IMG/VR virus record: IMGVR_UViG_3300018080_000002
Location: 64,001-128,000 of that record
Source of the DNA: a virus
Direction: 5' to 3' (one strand)
Length of the DNA stretch: 64,000 nucleotides
Numbering within the stretch: position 1 is the stretch's first letter; each line of letters opens with the position of its first letter. Under the pieces are notes generated by a model. That model ran no database searches, was not told the DNA's origin, and saw only the letters and a list, made by a program, of their open reading frames with translations. Both the position numbers and the translations under genes were made by a program. Positions 47,951-57,115 of this stretch are shown in pieces.

Positions 47951-48277
47951 TTGGATATGGCAAGAAAATTTTTGTCTGAATCCGAGATTGAAACTCCGAT
48001 GGATTACAGCACTCAGACACCTCTCAGTCAGCCTGATGAGCAACATGATCTTGTTGATGAGGCGATATGGGGTGTGATGGACGAGGTGATAGCCTTTGGA
48101 CATTCGGAGTCTGCTGCTGAAAAAAGGGTTCGTGATGCTATTGACAAACTGGTAAAGGATGAAGTTGTATCCGAGACGCCAGAGTATGACGAGCCAGATG
48201 GGGTTAAATCTGCATGGATTTCAAATTCTTTGCCGAGGGTGAAGAACTATCTACGAATGAAGGGAGATATCCTATAA
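47951..48277 (+). CDS. Hypothetical protein
   Basis: GGAGG SD. Confidence 0.7.
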   Translation: MDMARKFLSESEIETPMDYSTQTPLSQPDEQHDLVDEAIWGVMDEVIAFGHSESAAEKRVRDAIDKLVKDEVVSETPEYDEPDGVKSAWISNSLPRVKNYLRMKGDIL

Positions 48278-48991
48278 ATGTCTGGTGCAGGATACGATTT
48301 TAGCCGTAGAACTGGAGAGGTTTTCATAAGAAACTTCGACAGGGGTGTTGTCGAAACGATGGGGGGTTATATTGACAATCCATCTAGTTTTGGTATCGAT
48401 ATGGTTAAGATGCTCGGAGGGGATAAGAAAAATTATTTTATCGATGTCCCTGATGCGAGTGAAGATCCTATACCTGTTATTTTCGGGAATCCCGAAGCAA
48501 TCAAAGAAAGACAGATTTATCCTAGTTTCTTAGTAATAAGGGGTGATCCTGCTCCAGCTTTAAACCGATGGCATTCTGTTGGCCAAAAGGAATACAGGAT
48601 ACCTGGACCAAATGCGGTAGTTGAATACTCTGCTGAGTATGGTGTCAGTGGCTATTCTGAATATGAGGAAACTGTTCAGAATTGGCCTTATGACATACCG
48701 TATCAAATCCAAGTATACGCTCGTTTAGAGAACGAAGTTATTCCAATGCTTAAAAAGGTGTTGAGGACATATAAGCCTTATTGTAGAATAATTTTACAGG
48801 ATTCACTTGAAGAAACAAGGACTTACACTGCATTTCAACAGTCAGTTAATGATATTAGTGAGTTGGTTGATATAGCTGATAGGGTCAAAGCTTATTCCGT
48901 CGAACTTATGGTTGAGGGTGAGCTTACGTTAAGTGATCCTGTTGTTAAGCCGAGTGTTACAGACATTAGGCATACAGTTCATAGGCGTTAG
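48278..48991 (+). CDS. Tail terminator/sheath stabilizer (gp15-like)
   Basis: IPVIFG.PE, PYDI.YQI; immediately before the sheath. Confidence 0.65.
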   Translation: MSGAGYDFSRRTGEVFIRNFDRGVVETMGGYIDNPSSFGIDMVKMLGGDKKNYFIDVPDASEDPIPVIFGNPEAIKERQIYPSFLVIRGDPAPALNRWHSVGQKEYRIPGPNAVVEYSAEYGVSGYSEYEETVQNWPYDIPYQIQVYARLENEVIPMLKKVLRTYKPYCRIILQDSLEETRTYTAFQQSVNDISELVDIADRVKAYSVELMVEGELTLSDPVVKPSVTDIRHTVHRR

Positions 48992-49012
48992 ATTTTTTGG
49001 GAGGATGAAAAA

Positions 49013-50800
49013 ATGCCAGAATTTTTAAGCCCAGGTGTATATATCGAAGAAAGACCTTCCGGGGTTACTCCGATTACTGGTGTTTCTACCTCTAATTTCG
49101 CAGGAGTCGGTTACACAGAAAGGGGACCGTCTAATACTGCTACTTTGGTAACAAGTTTGGAGCAATATCTTCAGACTTTTGGTGGATACACGAAGTATAG
49201 TGATTTAGCGTTGGCGATGACTGCGTTCTTTAACAATGGTGGTTTAAGGGCTTACATTGTGAGAGTGGTAGCATCGGATGCGGTTACGGCTTGGAAAAAC
49301 CTTGCCTCTCTATGGAAGTTTTCAGCTTCATCTGAGGGTGCGTGGGGAAATTTACTCCGAGTTCGTATCCAGGGTAATGAAAACTATTATGACGCTGATA
49401 CGGCGACATATAGTCGTTTTGACGTTTTTGTCGATGAAGAAAGTGCTGATGGCGAGGGAGATTTCTCTACTCAAGAGCAGTATGAAGGTTTGATTTTAGA
49501 TGATTCTGAAGACAAGGATTACATCGTTTCAGTTCTTAATGATCAGTCTGCCTTAGTTGTTGCAGAGGATCTAGGGAATGGCGGTATTCCGACCGATCTT
49601 CAATCCACCCAATATACGGATGTTGCTTTGGGTACTGGTGATAACATTGAACAGAGTTTCAGTGCTAGTGTCTCCGGTATGGTTGAAGTAGCTGAAGATA
49701 CGTTTATCGTAAAAGTTGATAGTTCTCAGGTTGCCGCTGACGATGGTGACGGTGTTATTAGCGGTACTGGCGTAAGCGGAACGATTGATTATGAGACTGG
49801 CGATATCACTCTGTACTTTACCACACCTCCTGGTAGTGGTGCTGCGATCACTGCTGACTTTTACAAGCGTGGTGATGATGCGGTTAATACAGAGCTTGAG
49901 AATGGAAGCGATGGAGATCCTACATCTATCGGTCGAAGTGAGATCAGTGATCCTGGTCTTTCTGACGATAAGCATGGGATCTATGCGATGGATGACGTTG
50001 AAGAAATGTTTTCTCTTGCCGTTCCAGATTTCTCAGATGATGAGCTGATTTCTCTTGATTTGATTTCGTATGCTGAATTGAGGAAATATGCTTTTGCTAT
50101 TCTTGATGTCCCTGCTGGTTACACTCCACAAAAGGCATTGAAGTACAAGCGTACTACGCTTGGAAGTCTGAGCAACTATGCTTCGATCTACTATCCTAAG
50201 ATCACGATTGCTGATCCTTTGAAGGATAATAGGCCGAGAAATATCAGTTGTGTAGGTCACGTTGCTGGTGTATTTGCTCGAACGGATACTCAGCAAACTG
50301 TCGGTAAAGCTCCTGCTGGCGTCAATGACGGTCGGTTAAATTTTGCTCTTGGTCTTGAAAGGGAACTTTCGAGAGGTGAGATGGATTTAATTTATCCTGC
50401 AAACGTTAACCCGCTGTATGTCAGTACAGCTACAGGGAGAGTTGTTTGGGGTGCTAGAACGCTGCAAGTAGTAGGGGATTTCACTCAGATCAACGCACGA
50501 CGATTGTTCCAATTCTTAGAACTGAGCGTTTTCAACCAGACACATGATGTCGTGTTTGAGAACGTTGGTGCTGAGTTATGGTCACGTATCAAGATGAGAG
50601 TTGATGGCTTTTTCTTTGCTTTATTCCAAGACGGATATTTCAAAGGTGATAGCCCAGATCAAGCTTATCGGATTGTGGTTGATCAAAGTAATAACCCACC
50701 CGCTATTCAGGCGCAGAGAATGGTAATTGTTGATTATTATGTGGCAGTTAATGAGCCTGGAGAATTTTTGAGGCATCGTTTTCAAAGACGCTTCGACTGA
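49013..50800 (+). CDS. Contractile tail sheath protein
   Basis: SPGVYIEE, FFNNGG, GHVAGVFARTD, KAPAG, VWGART, INARRL, PGEF. Confidence 0.96.
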   Translation: MPEFLSPGVYIEERPSGVTPITGVSTSNFAGVGYTERGPSNTATLVTSLEQYLQTFGGYTKYSDLALAMTAFFNNGGLRAYIVRVVASDAVTAWKNLASLWKFSASSEGAWGNLLRVRIQGNENYYDADTATYSRFDVFVDEESADGEGDFSTQEQYEGLILDDSEDKDYIVSVLNDQSALVVAEDLGNGGIPTDLQSTQYTDVALGTGDNIEQSFSASVSGMVEVAEDTFIVKVDSSQVAADDGDGVISGTGVSGTIDYETGDITLYFTTPPGSGAAITADFYKRGDDAVNTELENGSDGDPTSIGRSEISDPGLSDDKHGIYAMDDVEEMFSLAVPDFSDDELISLDLISYAELRKYAFAILDVPAGYTPQKALKYKRTTLGSLSNYASIYYPKITIADPLKDNRPRNISCVGHVAGVFARTDTQQTVGKAPAGVNDGRLNFALGLERELSRGEMDLIYPANVNPLYVSTATGRVVWGARTLQVVGDFTQINARRLFQFLELSVFNQTHDVVFENVGAELWSRIKMRVDGFFFALFQDGYFKGDSPDQAYRIVVDQSNNPPAIQAQRMVIVDYYVAVNEPGEFLRHRFQRRFD

Positions 50801-50888
50801 TCTGTGGTCTTTTACCGATTGTAACGGAGATTTAATTATGCTACTCTTTAACCAAGTAAATTTTGTACTTACGTTATGGAGTAGCCGT

Positions 50889-51857
50889 ATGAACAATAAG
50901 TATTTTTTTGACGAGTCCGAATTGGAAAAAATGGTTGAGGGATATAATTCTGGTATGTCTCCTGGTGAGATAGGTAAGGCTTTTGGTGTGTCTAGGCAAG
51001 TAATACATCATTGGTTGAAAAAACGTGGTGTTGAGATCAAGCCTAGATCCCCGTATGGAGTTCTTACGACCAAGAAAGATGTGTCTCAATGGAAGAGATG
51101 GTATCTGGATGATGGTATGAGTGTACGACAGATAGCTAAGAAAGCTGGAGTTGTTAGCTCTACTGTTGTCAAGCATTTGAACAAAGCTGGTATTCAGATG
51201 AGGACAATTTCTGAGGGTAAAACCAAGGTTACTGATGATGATCGAAAAAAGATCATTGATGATTATGAGCTTGGTTTGAACATGGAGGATTGTGCTAGGA
51301 ATGTTGGTTTTTCGATGGATACTGTCAAAAGAGTTTTGTATGAGTCTGGTATTGAGACGAAACGGGGTCGTATGATCAAGTTTAGACGCAAAGAGCAGCA
51401 GGAAAAGATTCGTGATCTTTATAACAAAGGTTGGAGTCTTTCTGCTCTTGAGCGGGAATTAGATACCAGTAGGGATAGCATCAAAGCTGTTTTGAGGATT
51501 TATGGGATTTCGATAAAATCCTATGGAGAGCTGAATGGTTTTGATTTTGAGGATCGGAAAGGCAGAAAATACTTCATGAGGAGTGGTTGGGAGATGTCTT
51601 ATGCGAGATATCTCGATAAACTAGGTCTCGATTGGGATTACGAATTAGAGTCCTTTGATATTGGGGAAGGTCGAAAATATACGCCTGATTTTTGGGTGTA
51701 TAAGAAAGATGGTTCATTAGGTTACATAGTAGAAATCAAAGGGTGGTACACCGAGAAAGCTAAGAGACGAGTGAAACTTTTCAAAGAAAATTTTCCTAAG
51801 TTAAATTTTAAGCTTTTGCAGGAGAAAAATTTGCAAGTTCTAGGTGTTCTGACTTAA
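50889..51857 (+). CDS. Free-standing homing endonuclease-like protein (tandem HTH plus PD-(D/E)XK)
   Basis: Four HTH repeats; RSGWE, YTPDF, VEIKG. Confidence 0.8.
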   Translation: MNNKYFFDESELEKMVEGYNSGMSPGEIGKAFGVSRQVIHHWLKKRGVEIKPRSPYGVLTTKKDVSQWKRWYLDDGMSVRQIAKKAGVVSSTVVKHLNKAGIQMRTISEGKTKVTDDDRKKIIDDYELGLNMEDCARNVGFSMDTVKRVLYESGIETKRGRMIKFRRKEQQEKIRDLYNKGWSLSALERELDTSRDSIKAVLRIYGISIKSYGELNGFDFEDRKGRKYFMRSGWEMSYARYLDKLGLDWDYELESFDIGEGRKYTPDFWVYKKDGSLGYIVEIKGWYTEKAKRRVKLFKENFPKLNFKLLQEKNLQVLGVLT

Positions 51858-51872
51858 GGAGGGTTATTAAAA

Positions 51873-52355
51873 ATGGCTAGAGCACAATCAAGTGATTATT
51901 ATCACGTCATGAAATTTCATGTTGTTGATAATCAAGATAGGCTTAATAGGTTAGCTGGTTTTACCAGCGTGACGGTTCCCGAATACACTCTTGAGGCTGT
52001 AGAGTACAAAGAGGGTATTTGGACGTATCGAAGAAAATATCCTGGGGATGTGACTGTTAGTGATATCACTCTGACGAGGGGTGTTGCTCGACAGGCGACC
52101 TATTTCTATGACTGGATAAAAGAGGCCATAGAGGGTAATCCGTACAGGGTTGACTTTGTTATTTATCAGTATCACAGAGAGGATGTTCAAGGCATGACAT
52201 CTTATCTTGATGCAACGCCATCGAGACGGATTGAATGTTTTGAAGCTTTTCCGATCAGGGTTAAGCCTGGAGCGGATTTTGATTCTCAGACTGGCGATGT
52301 CAGTGTTGAGGAGATGGATCTGGCAATTGAGCGGTTTAACATTGTAGCTGAGTAA
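51873..52355 (+). CDS. Tail tube protein (gp19-like)
   Basis: AGF.SV..PE...EYKEG...KYPG...ITL.RGV...FP. Confidence 0.9.
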   Translation: MARAQSSDYYHVMKFHVVDNQDRLNRLAGFTSVTVPEYTLEAVEYKEGIWTYRRKYPGDVTVSDITLTRGVARQATYFYDWIKEAIEGNPYRVDFVIYQYHREDVQGMTSYLDATPSRRIECFEAFPIRVKPGADFDSQTGDVSVEEMDLAIERFNIVAE

Positions 52356-52366
52356 TTGGAAAAGCT

Positions 52367-52915
52367 ATGGCTAGAGATCAGATTACTGACTTTCTGTTGT
52401 CTAATCGGTTTCATTTACTGGATGTATCTTTGACGATACCTCCAGTATTGATTCCTATATGGGGTTTTACGAGTATCAGTGCTCCAGAGATGACTGTTTC
52501 TTATCGAGAGATAAAAGAGGGTAACTACGAGTTTCCCCGAAAGGTTGTCGAGCGAGCGTCTGTATCTGTTCTAACCCTAGAGAACGGAAGTCAGATCTTC
52601 AATTCCGGTTTTTGGGACTGGATTAGTAAGATGCCGGAAGGTAATTACGAGAAAAAAGATTTATTGTTGATGCACCTGACTGGTATTAACCCGACAGATT
52701 CAGATAGTGTTGGGATAGATATTGGTGGTTTTGGTGTGGCTACAGGGGAATTTGCATTTAGGGTTCCAGGTAAGGCATGGCTGTTAAAAAATTGTGCAGC
52801 GGCTAGGTACAAGGCGGGTTCAGACTTTAGTTCTATGGGTGGTTCAGAGGTTAGCATCCAGCAATTAGATTTAGAGTATGAGGAGTTTCTTGAGTTTAAC
52901 GTAGGTATTGGTTGA
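52367..52915 (+). CDS. Second tail tube-like protein
   Basis: Paralogue: GFTSISAPE...IKEGN...LDLEYE. Confidence 0.8.
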   Translation: MARDQITDFLLSNRFHLLDVSLTIPPVLIPIWGFTSISAPEMTVSYREIKEGNYEFPRKVVERASVSVLTLENGSQIFNSGFWDWISKMPEGNYEKKDLLLMHLTGINPTDSDSVGIDIGGFGVATGEFAFRVPGKAWLLKNCAAARYKAGSDFSSMGGSEVSIQQLDLEYEEFLEFNVGIG

Positions 52916-52923
52916 GGTGTATT

Positions 52924-53382
52924 ATGAGAAACGAAAGCGATTTCGCATCTAAGACAAAATCGATGGATAATGTTCTTACATTTGCGAAGGTGATGTCCAA
53001 GAGTTATAAACAATTGACCGAGGAAGAGTTTGATACGGTCGATGAGCAGTTAGAAAAAGTCAAGATAGCATTCGAGTCGGAGCTGTCTTTATTCATATTT
53101 GAGCTATTAAAAGATTATTCGCATAAGTTCAATTGGAGCTTTGCGTCTCCGAATAGCGAGTTATTTGGTCAAAGCTGGCAGTCTCTACAGGATAGATATC
53201 AGCTCATGGGTGATGCTGATAAAATCGATCTGTATAAAAAGATCGGCATGTATATGATCAAAGTATTTTTAGAGTTGTTTCCGAATGCAGGAGAGCAGGC
53301 AGCGGTAGAGATGGCTATGGTCTTTAAGGATCTTATGGTCGAAAGGCTGAGGGAAAAATCTGTTCAAGCAAGGAAAGTATAA
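52924..53382 (+). CDS. Hypothetical protein
   Basis: GAGG SD before ATG 52924. Confidence 0.7.
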   Translation: MRNESDFASKTKSMDNVLTFAKVMSKSYKQLTEEEFDTVDEQLEKVKIAFESELSLFIFELLKDYSHKFNWSFASPNSELFGQSWQSLQDRYQLMGDADKIDLYKKIGMYMIKVFLELFPNAGEQAAVEMAMVFKDLMVERLREKSVQARKV

Positions 53383-53651
53383 TGAATCTTAAAAAACTAA
53401 ATCGAACCCTCGAAGATATTGAGATGATTTTGAATGAGAATGCGTATATGACTAAGGTTCATGATGAATATGTAAAATTAAATAAGAAGATTCATGAGCA
53501 TCTTATTAGGCAAGGCAAATTAGACCGTCAGTTGGACAAGATCAAGAAATTAGCAAAAAAATATGGGATATTTGAGTTATACATAAATGGTCAGACAATA
53601 CAGATTCAAGAGATAAAAATAGAGGATATTTTTAAGAATATGGGGCATTAG
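53382..53651 (+). CDS. MNLKKLN-leader cassette 1
   Basis: MNLKKLNRTLEDIEMILNE. Confidence 0.8.
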   Translation: MNLKKLNRTLEDIEMILNENAYMTKVHDEYVKLNKKIHEHLIRQGKLDRQLDKIKKLAKKYGIFELYINGQTIQIQEIKIEDIFKNMGH

Positions 53652-53655
53652 TGAT

Positions 53656-53919
53656 ATGAATCTCAAAAAGCTTAATGAACAGATGGAAGAGAGCATTTCG
53701 ATATTAGAGGATAAGACCGAGGAGATGAAAAAAAAGTTGGCTGTTAGGTACGGCAAACTTCAGATGAAGGTCAATAGACTTACTGATATGGAATGGAAAT
53801 GTGGCGAGGAATTGGAAAAGATAAAGAAAATAGCTGAAAGATATAAGATAAGTGAGATTGAAGTTGATGGAGGGACTATTGATTTATCTGATGTTTATCT
53901 AGGTGATATGAAAGCTTAA
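53656..53919 (+). CDS. MNLKKLN-leader cassette 2
   Basis: MNLKKLNEQMEESISILE. Confidence 0.8.
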   Translation: MNLKKLNEQMEESISILEDKTEEMKKKLAVRYGKLQMKVNRLTDMEWKCGEELEKIKKIAERYKISEIEVDGGTIDLSDVYLGDMKA

Positions 53920-53929
53920 GGTGGTAACA

Positions 53930-54661
53930 ATGGATCTCAAAAAACTAAATCGAACCCTCGAAGAGAGCATTCGGATTTTAGAGGAAGATAAGGTTCATAC
54001 CATAATGTTAGAGGCTAAGTCTAAGGTGAATGAGTCGATTATACCGAATATCCAGAAATGGGTTGATGCTGAACCAAGAAATACCATTGGTGATATCTCG
54101 TTTGAGATGGTCGAGGGTCATATTATTATCCCTAAAGATATCGTTACTCAGGAAGTGGTTGATCGGTATACGTATGAAGATAAGTGGGAAGTTGGTGAAG
54201 AGATCAGAGAATGGTTTTGGATGAGCTATGAGGAAAAGGGTAGTAAAGATATCCCTAAAGGTCACTGGGTTGCTTTAATGTTTGATGCTAGTATTATGGG
54301 AAAACCAGCGAAAGATATCAAGACTGCTTTGAATAATTTTATCAAAGAGGAGCGGGATTGGTTCAAGAGTATAGGTGTTAAAGTAAAAACAAAGGTTAAG
54401 CTCACAAAAGCAACTGGTTCAGAGGCAGAACATACAAATGATAGTATTGGTTGGGAATATTTATACACGGAATTTGATTTGACTGATAGTCATATGAGCC
54501 TTTTAGGCAAGATAAAAGATTCTGACGAGTCTTATAAGCCGGATAGCTATGATACGAAGTATTATATCCCCAAGATGGAAAAAAATGGCTTAGTGGTTTC
54601 TCAAGGTGGTGGTTATGTGATTACACCGAAAGGCGAAAAACTTTTGGCTAAGGGTTGGTAA
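53930..54661 (+). CDS. MNLKKLN-leader cassette 3 (C-terminal winged-helix-like segment)
   Basis: MDLKKLNRTLEESIRILEE; GLV...YVITPKG. Confidence 0.8.
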   Translation: MDLKKLNRTLEESIRILEEDKVHTIMLEAKSKVNESIIPNIQKWVDAEPRNTIGDISFEMVEGHIIIPKDIVTQEVVDRYTYEDKWEVGEEIREWFWMSYEEKGSKDIPKGHWVALMFDASIMGKPAKDIKTALNNFIKEERDWFKSIGVKVKTKVKLTKATGSEAEHTNDSIGWEYLYTEFDLTDSHMSLLGKIKDSDESYKPDSYDTKYYIPKMEKNGLVVSQGGGYVITPKGEKLLAKGW

Positions 54662-55047
54662 TGGATCTCAAAAAACTCAACAAAGTTCTCAGAGAAAGTA
54701 TTTCTATTTTACGAACAGAGTCCGATAAGTTTCGAGATCTTCCGATATATGGTGATGCGATTCCAGCGGGAAGCACCTTAATTAAAAAGAAAAGGGCTAA
54801 AAAGGATGCCATTTTTAAGCCTGTATTAATTAAGCAAGATGCTTATAGGACAAATAAAACCATATGGGTAAGAGCTATGGGTGTGTATGAAGGCGGGAAG
54901 GTTGTCAGGAGTTTTGAATATACCAGGAGTGGTAGAGTACAACTGTCGCTATGGTTAAAATACACAGACGACCCTGTGGTTGAAGATAAAATAACAAAAT
55001 ACAGGAAAGGGACTATTAACGATTTGCCAGCATTGATTGTTCGATGA
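54661..55047 (+). CDS. MNLKKLN-leader cassette 4
   Basis: MDLKKLNKVLRESISILRTE. Confidence 0.8.
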   Translation: MDLKKLNKVLRESISILRTESDKFRDLPIYGDAIPAGSTLIKKKRAKKDAIFKPVLIKQDAYRTNKTIWVRAMGVYEGGKVVRSFEYTRSGRVQLSLWLKYTDDPVVEDKITKYRKGTINDLPALIVR

Positions 55048-55060
55048 CATGGGGGTAACG

Positions 55061-55405
55061 ATGAATCTTAAAAAATTAAACCAAGCTCTAGGCGAGAGTA
55101 TTAAGATATTGGAAGGAAAATCGGATAAATATTTAGCTATTAAACGTGGTTCAGGTACAAATAGATACTATTTAACTACTGCAAAAAAATATCGTGGTCG
55201 TTGGATGATTGGTGGTGATGTTGATACAACTAATGTAACTATTCTCAAAAAGGATCAAACGGACGATCGATGGAAAGCTTATACCCTTAAAGGTAATCGT
55301 ATGGTTTTTTCTGATTATGTGGATGAGGATGATTTAAGGAAATATGAGAAAGGTCTGGATGATAAAGATTTGGAAGATGTTGGTTTGAAGGACTTGTATA
55401 AGTGA
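55061..55405 (+). CDS. MNLKKLN-leader cassette 5
   Basis: MNLKKLNQALGESIKILE. Confidence 0.8.
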   Translation: MNLKKLNQALGESIKILEGKSDKYLAIKRGSGTNRYYLTTAKKYRGRWMIGGDVDTTNVTILKKDQTDDRWKAYTLKGNRMVFSDYVDEDDLRKYEKGLDDKDLEDVGLKDLYK

Positions 55406-55411
55406 AAAAAT

Positions 55412-55684
55412 ATGGGAAAAGATATGGACAATAAGACAATCAATGAAACTGTATCTAAGGTACTTTTTAAGGATAAACCCCTTAATGAGTCTTTTCATAT
55501 GAAAGACAGTGTTCTGGATGGTTTTACGTTTGAGGATTTGATTACGACCATTCAGACTAGCGAAGCAAAAATTGATGAAAAAACTGTTCTTAGGATTCTT
55601 GAAAAGGTCATCAAGCTTGATGTTGCTGGTGCTAGGTCTGTTGTTAAAAAGGAAATGAAGAATATTTTAGATGCTTTGCAATAG
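55412..55684 (+). CDS. Leader-bearing protein (different leader)
   Basis: ..VSKVLFKDKPLNE|S, similar to the 32363 leader. Confidence 0.7.
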   Translation: MGKDMDNKTINETVSKVLFKDKPLNESFHMKDSVLDGFTFEDLITTIQTSEAKIDEKTVLRILEKVIKLDVAGARSVVKKEMKNILDALQ

Positions 55685-55693
55685 AGGTATGTT

Positions 55694-56272
55694 ATGAATC
55701 TCAAAAAACTGAATGAAACCTTGGAAGAAAGTATAGAGATACTGTCTGATAATAAGGTTAGAAATCCAAAGACAGGCAGGATGGTGGGTCAGAGATATCT
55801 CAGGAAAGTGATTGCTAAAGAGCATGAGACGATTGGTAATCTTGGTTTTGAGAAACTGGAGACGTTCGTAAAGCATAAAAAGAAAAGAATGAAAAAGATA
55901 AGTGAGGCTGAGGACTTTCGTACTTTGAAGCGTGGAAAAGCAGAGAAATTAATGCGAACTATTCTTGACAAACACACGAAAGGTGTTTTTAAGGATGAAC
56001 ATTGGGCACCTTGGCACAAGATCTTGGATGATTTCGTTGATCATAAGGTTGATTATACGATCGATAAGACTGAGTATTACAAACATCCGAGTACCAAGGA
56101 TGAGATGCCTGATGGTAAGAGGTGGATGCTTACTGTTTATCATGGTGAAAAAGGCGGCTGGAAAGTTAATATAACAGCCTCATTTGGTCCATCTAAGCCG
56201 GGTGATACGGATAAGTACGACATGATTTATACGATAAATTGGTTAGGACGTTTAAGAAAGCCGAAAGATTAG
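55694..56272 (+). CDS. MNLKKLN-leader cassette 6
   Basis: MNLKKLNETLEESIEIL; NPKTGRMV. Confidence 0.8.
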   Translation: MNLKKLNETLEESIEILSDNKVRNPKTGRMVGQRYLRKVIAKEHETIGNLGFEKLETFVKHKKKRMKKISEAEDFRTLKRGKAEKLMRTILDKHTKGVFKDEHWAPWHKILDDFVDHKVDYTIDKTEYYKHPSTKDEMPDGKRWMLTVYHGEKGGWKVNITASFGPSKPGDTDKYDMIYTINWLGRLRKPKD

Positions 56273-56281
56273 AGGTGAAGT

Positions 56282-56620
56282 ATGAATCTTAAAAAATTGA
56301 ATGAACAGCTTGAACGGAGTATTTCTCTCTTGGAGAATAAGGATTCTGTTGATGGAGAATATCTTGTCAAAGTAGAGAGACAACCGATTTATAGTGATTC
56401 AGCTAAACACGCAACGTATAAAGTGTCGCAGAAAAAACTAAAGGTTTCTGATGGTAGTGTTTTCTTAAATGGAAAATCATTTAGGTTGAGTTCGCCTTTT
56501 GATTGGTTGCAAAAGGCGTTAGAAAAAGGTTTTGATTCTTTGAAAGCTGATGAGCATATCGTTTTTACGACACAAAAATTAAAGTATGAGCTGGTCGATA
56601 TAATAAAGAAAATACGTTAG
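56282..56620 (+). CDS. MNLKKLN-leader cassette 7
   Basis: MNLKKLNEQLERSISLLE. Confidence 0.8.
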   Translation: MNLKKLNEQLERSISLLENKDSVDGEYLVKVERQPIYSDSAKHATYKVSQKKLKVSDGSVFLNGKSFRLSSPFDWLQKALEKGFDSLKADEHIVFTTQKLKYELVDIIKKIR

Positions 56621-56629
56621 AGGTGAAGT

Positions 56630-57103
56630 ATGGCCGTAAAAGACGAAATTGATATTGCCAATATGATCATGGCAAAACCAAAAATTAGAATGAATGCTGG
56701 AGAGAAACAGCCAGCTCAGTGCATAGGTGGAGCTAGTAAGACTGGTCCTAATAGCGAGATAGCTACAGGTCAGTTAATGGCCGAGGAAGTTAAAATGAGC
56801 GATTTAAGGCCACAAAGGAGAGCTAAACCCTCATTATCCAATGATCGGAAAAACGAGCTTAAAGAGGCAATGAGGAGGTCTCATCTACATAATACGAGAC
56901 AGGAGCCTATCACTGAGGATATGGGTTTTGAGGAATCTGTTGAGAGTTTATTTGAGGCTGTGAATAATATTGAGTTAGGGATCGAGGAAATTGGTTCACA
57001 AACTGGTCGAGTTGGTCGTAAGATGGTTGAGGAGTGGGATATGCTACTCAAGCGTCTGAAAAGGTTTGAGTTGTATTATGATCGAGCAATGTCAAAATTA
57101 TAA
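56630..57103 (+). CDS. Hypothetical protein
   Basis: Same 16-nt stop/SD/start linker as 56282. Confidence 0.7.
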   Translation: MAVKDEIDIANMIMAKPKIRMNAGEKQPAQCIGGASKTGPNSEIATGQLMAEEVKMSDLRPQRRAKPSLSNDRKNELKEAMRRSHLHNTRQEPITEDMGFEESVESLFEAVNNIELGIEEIGSQTGRVGRKMVEEWDMLLKRLKRFELYYDRAMSKL

Positions 57104-57115
57104 GGTGATTGTCGT

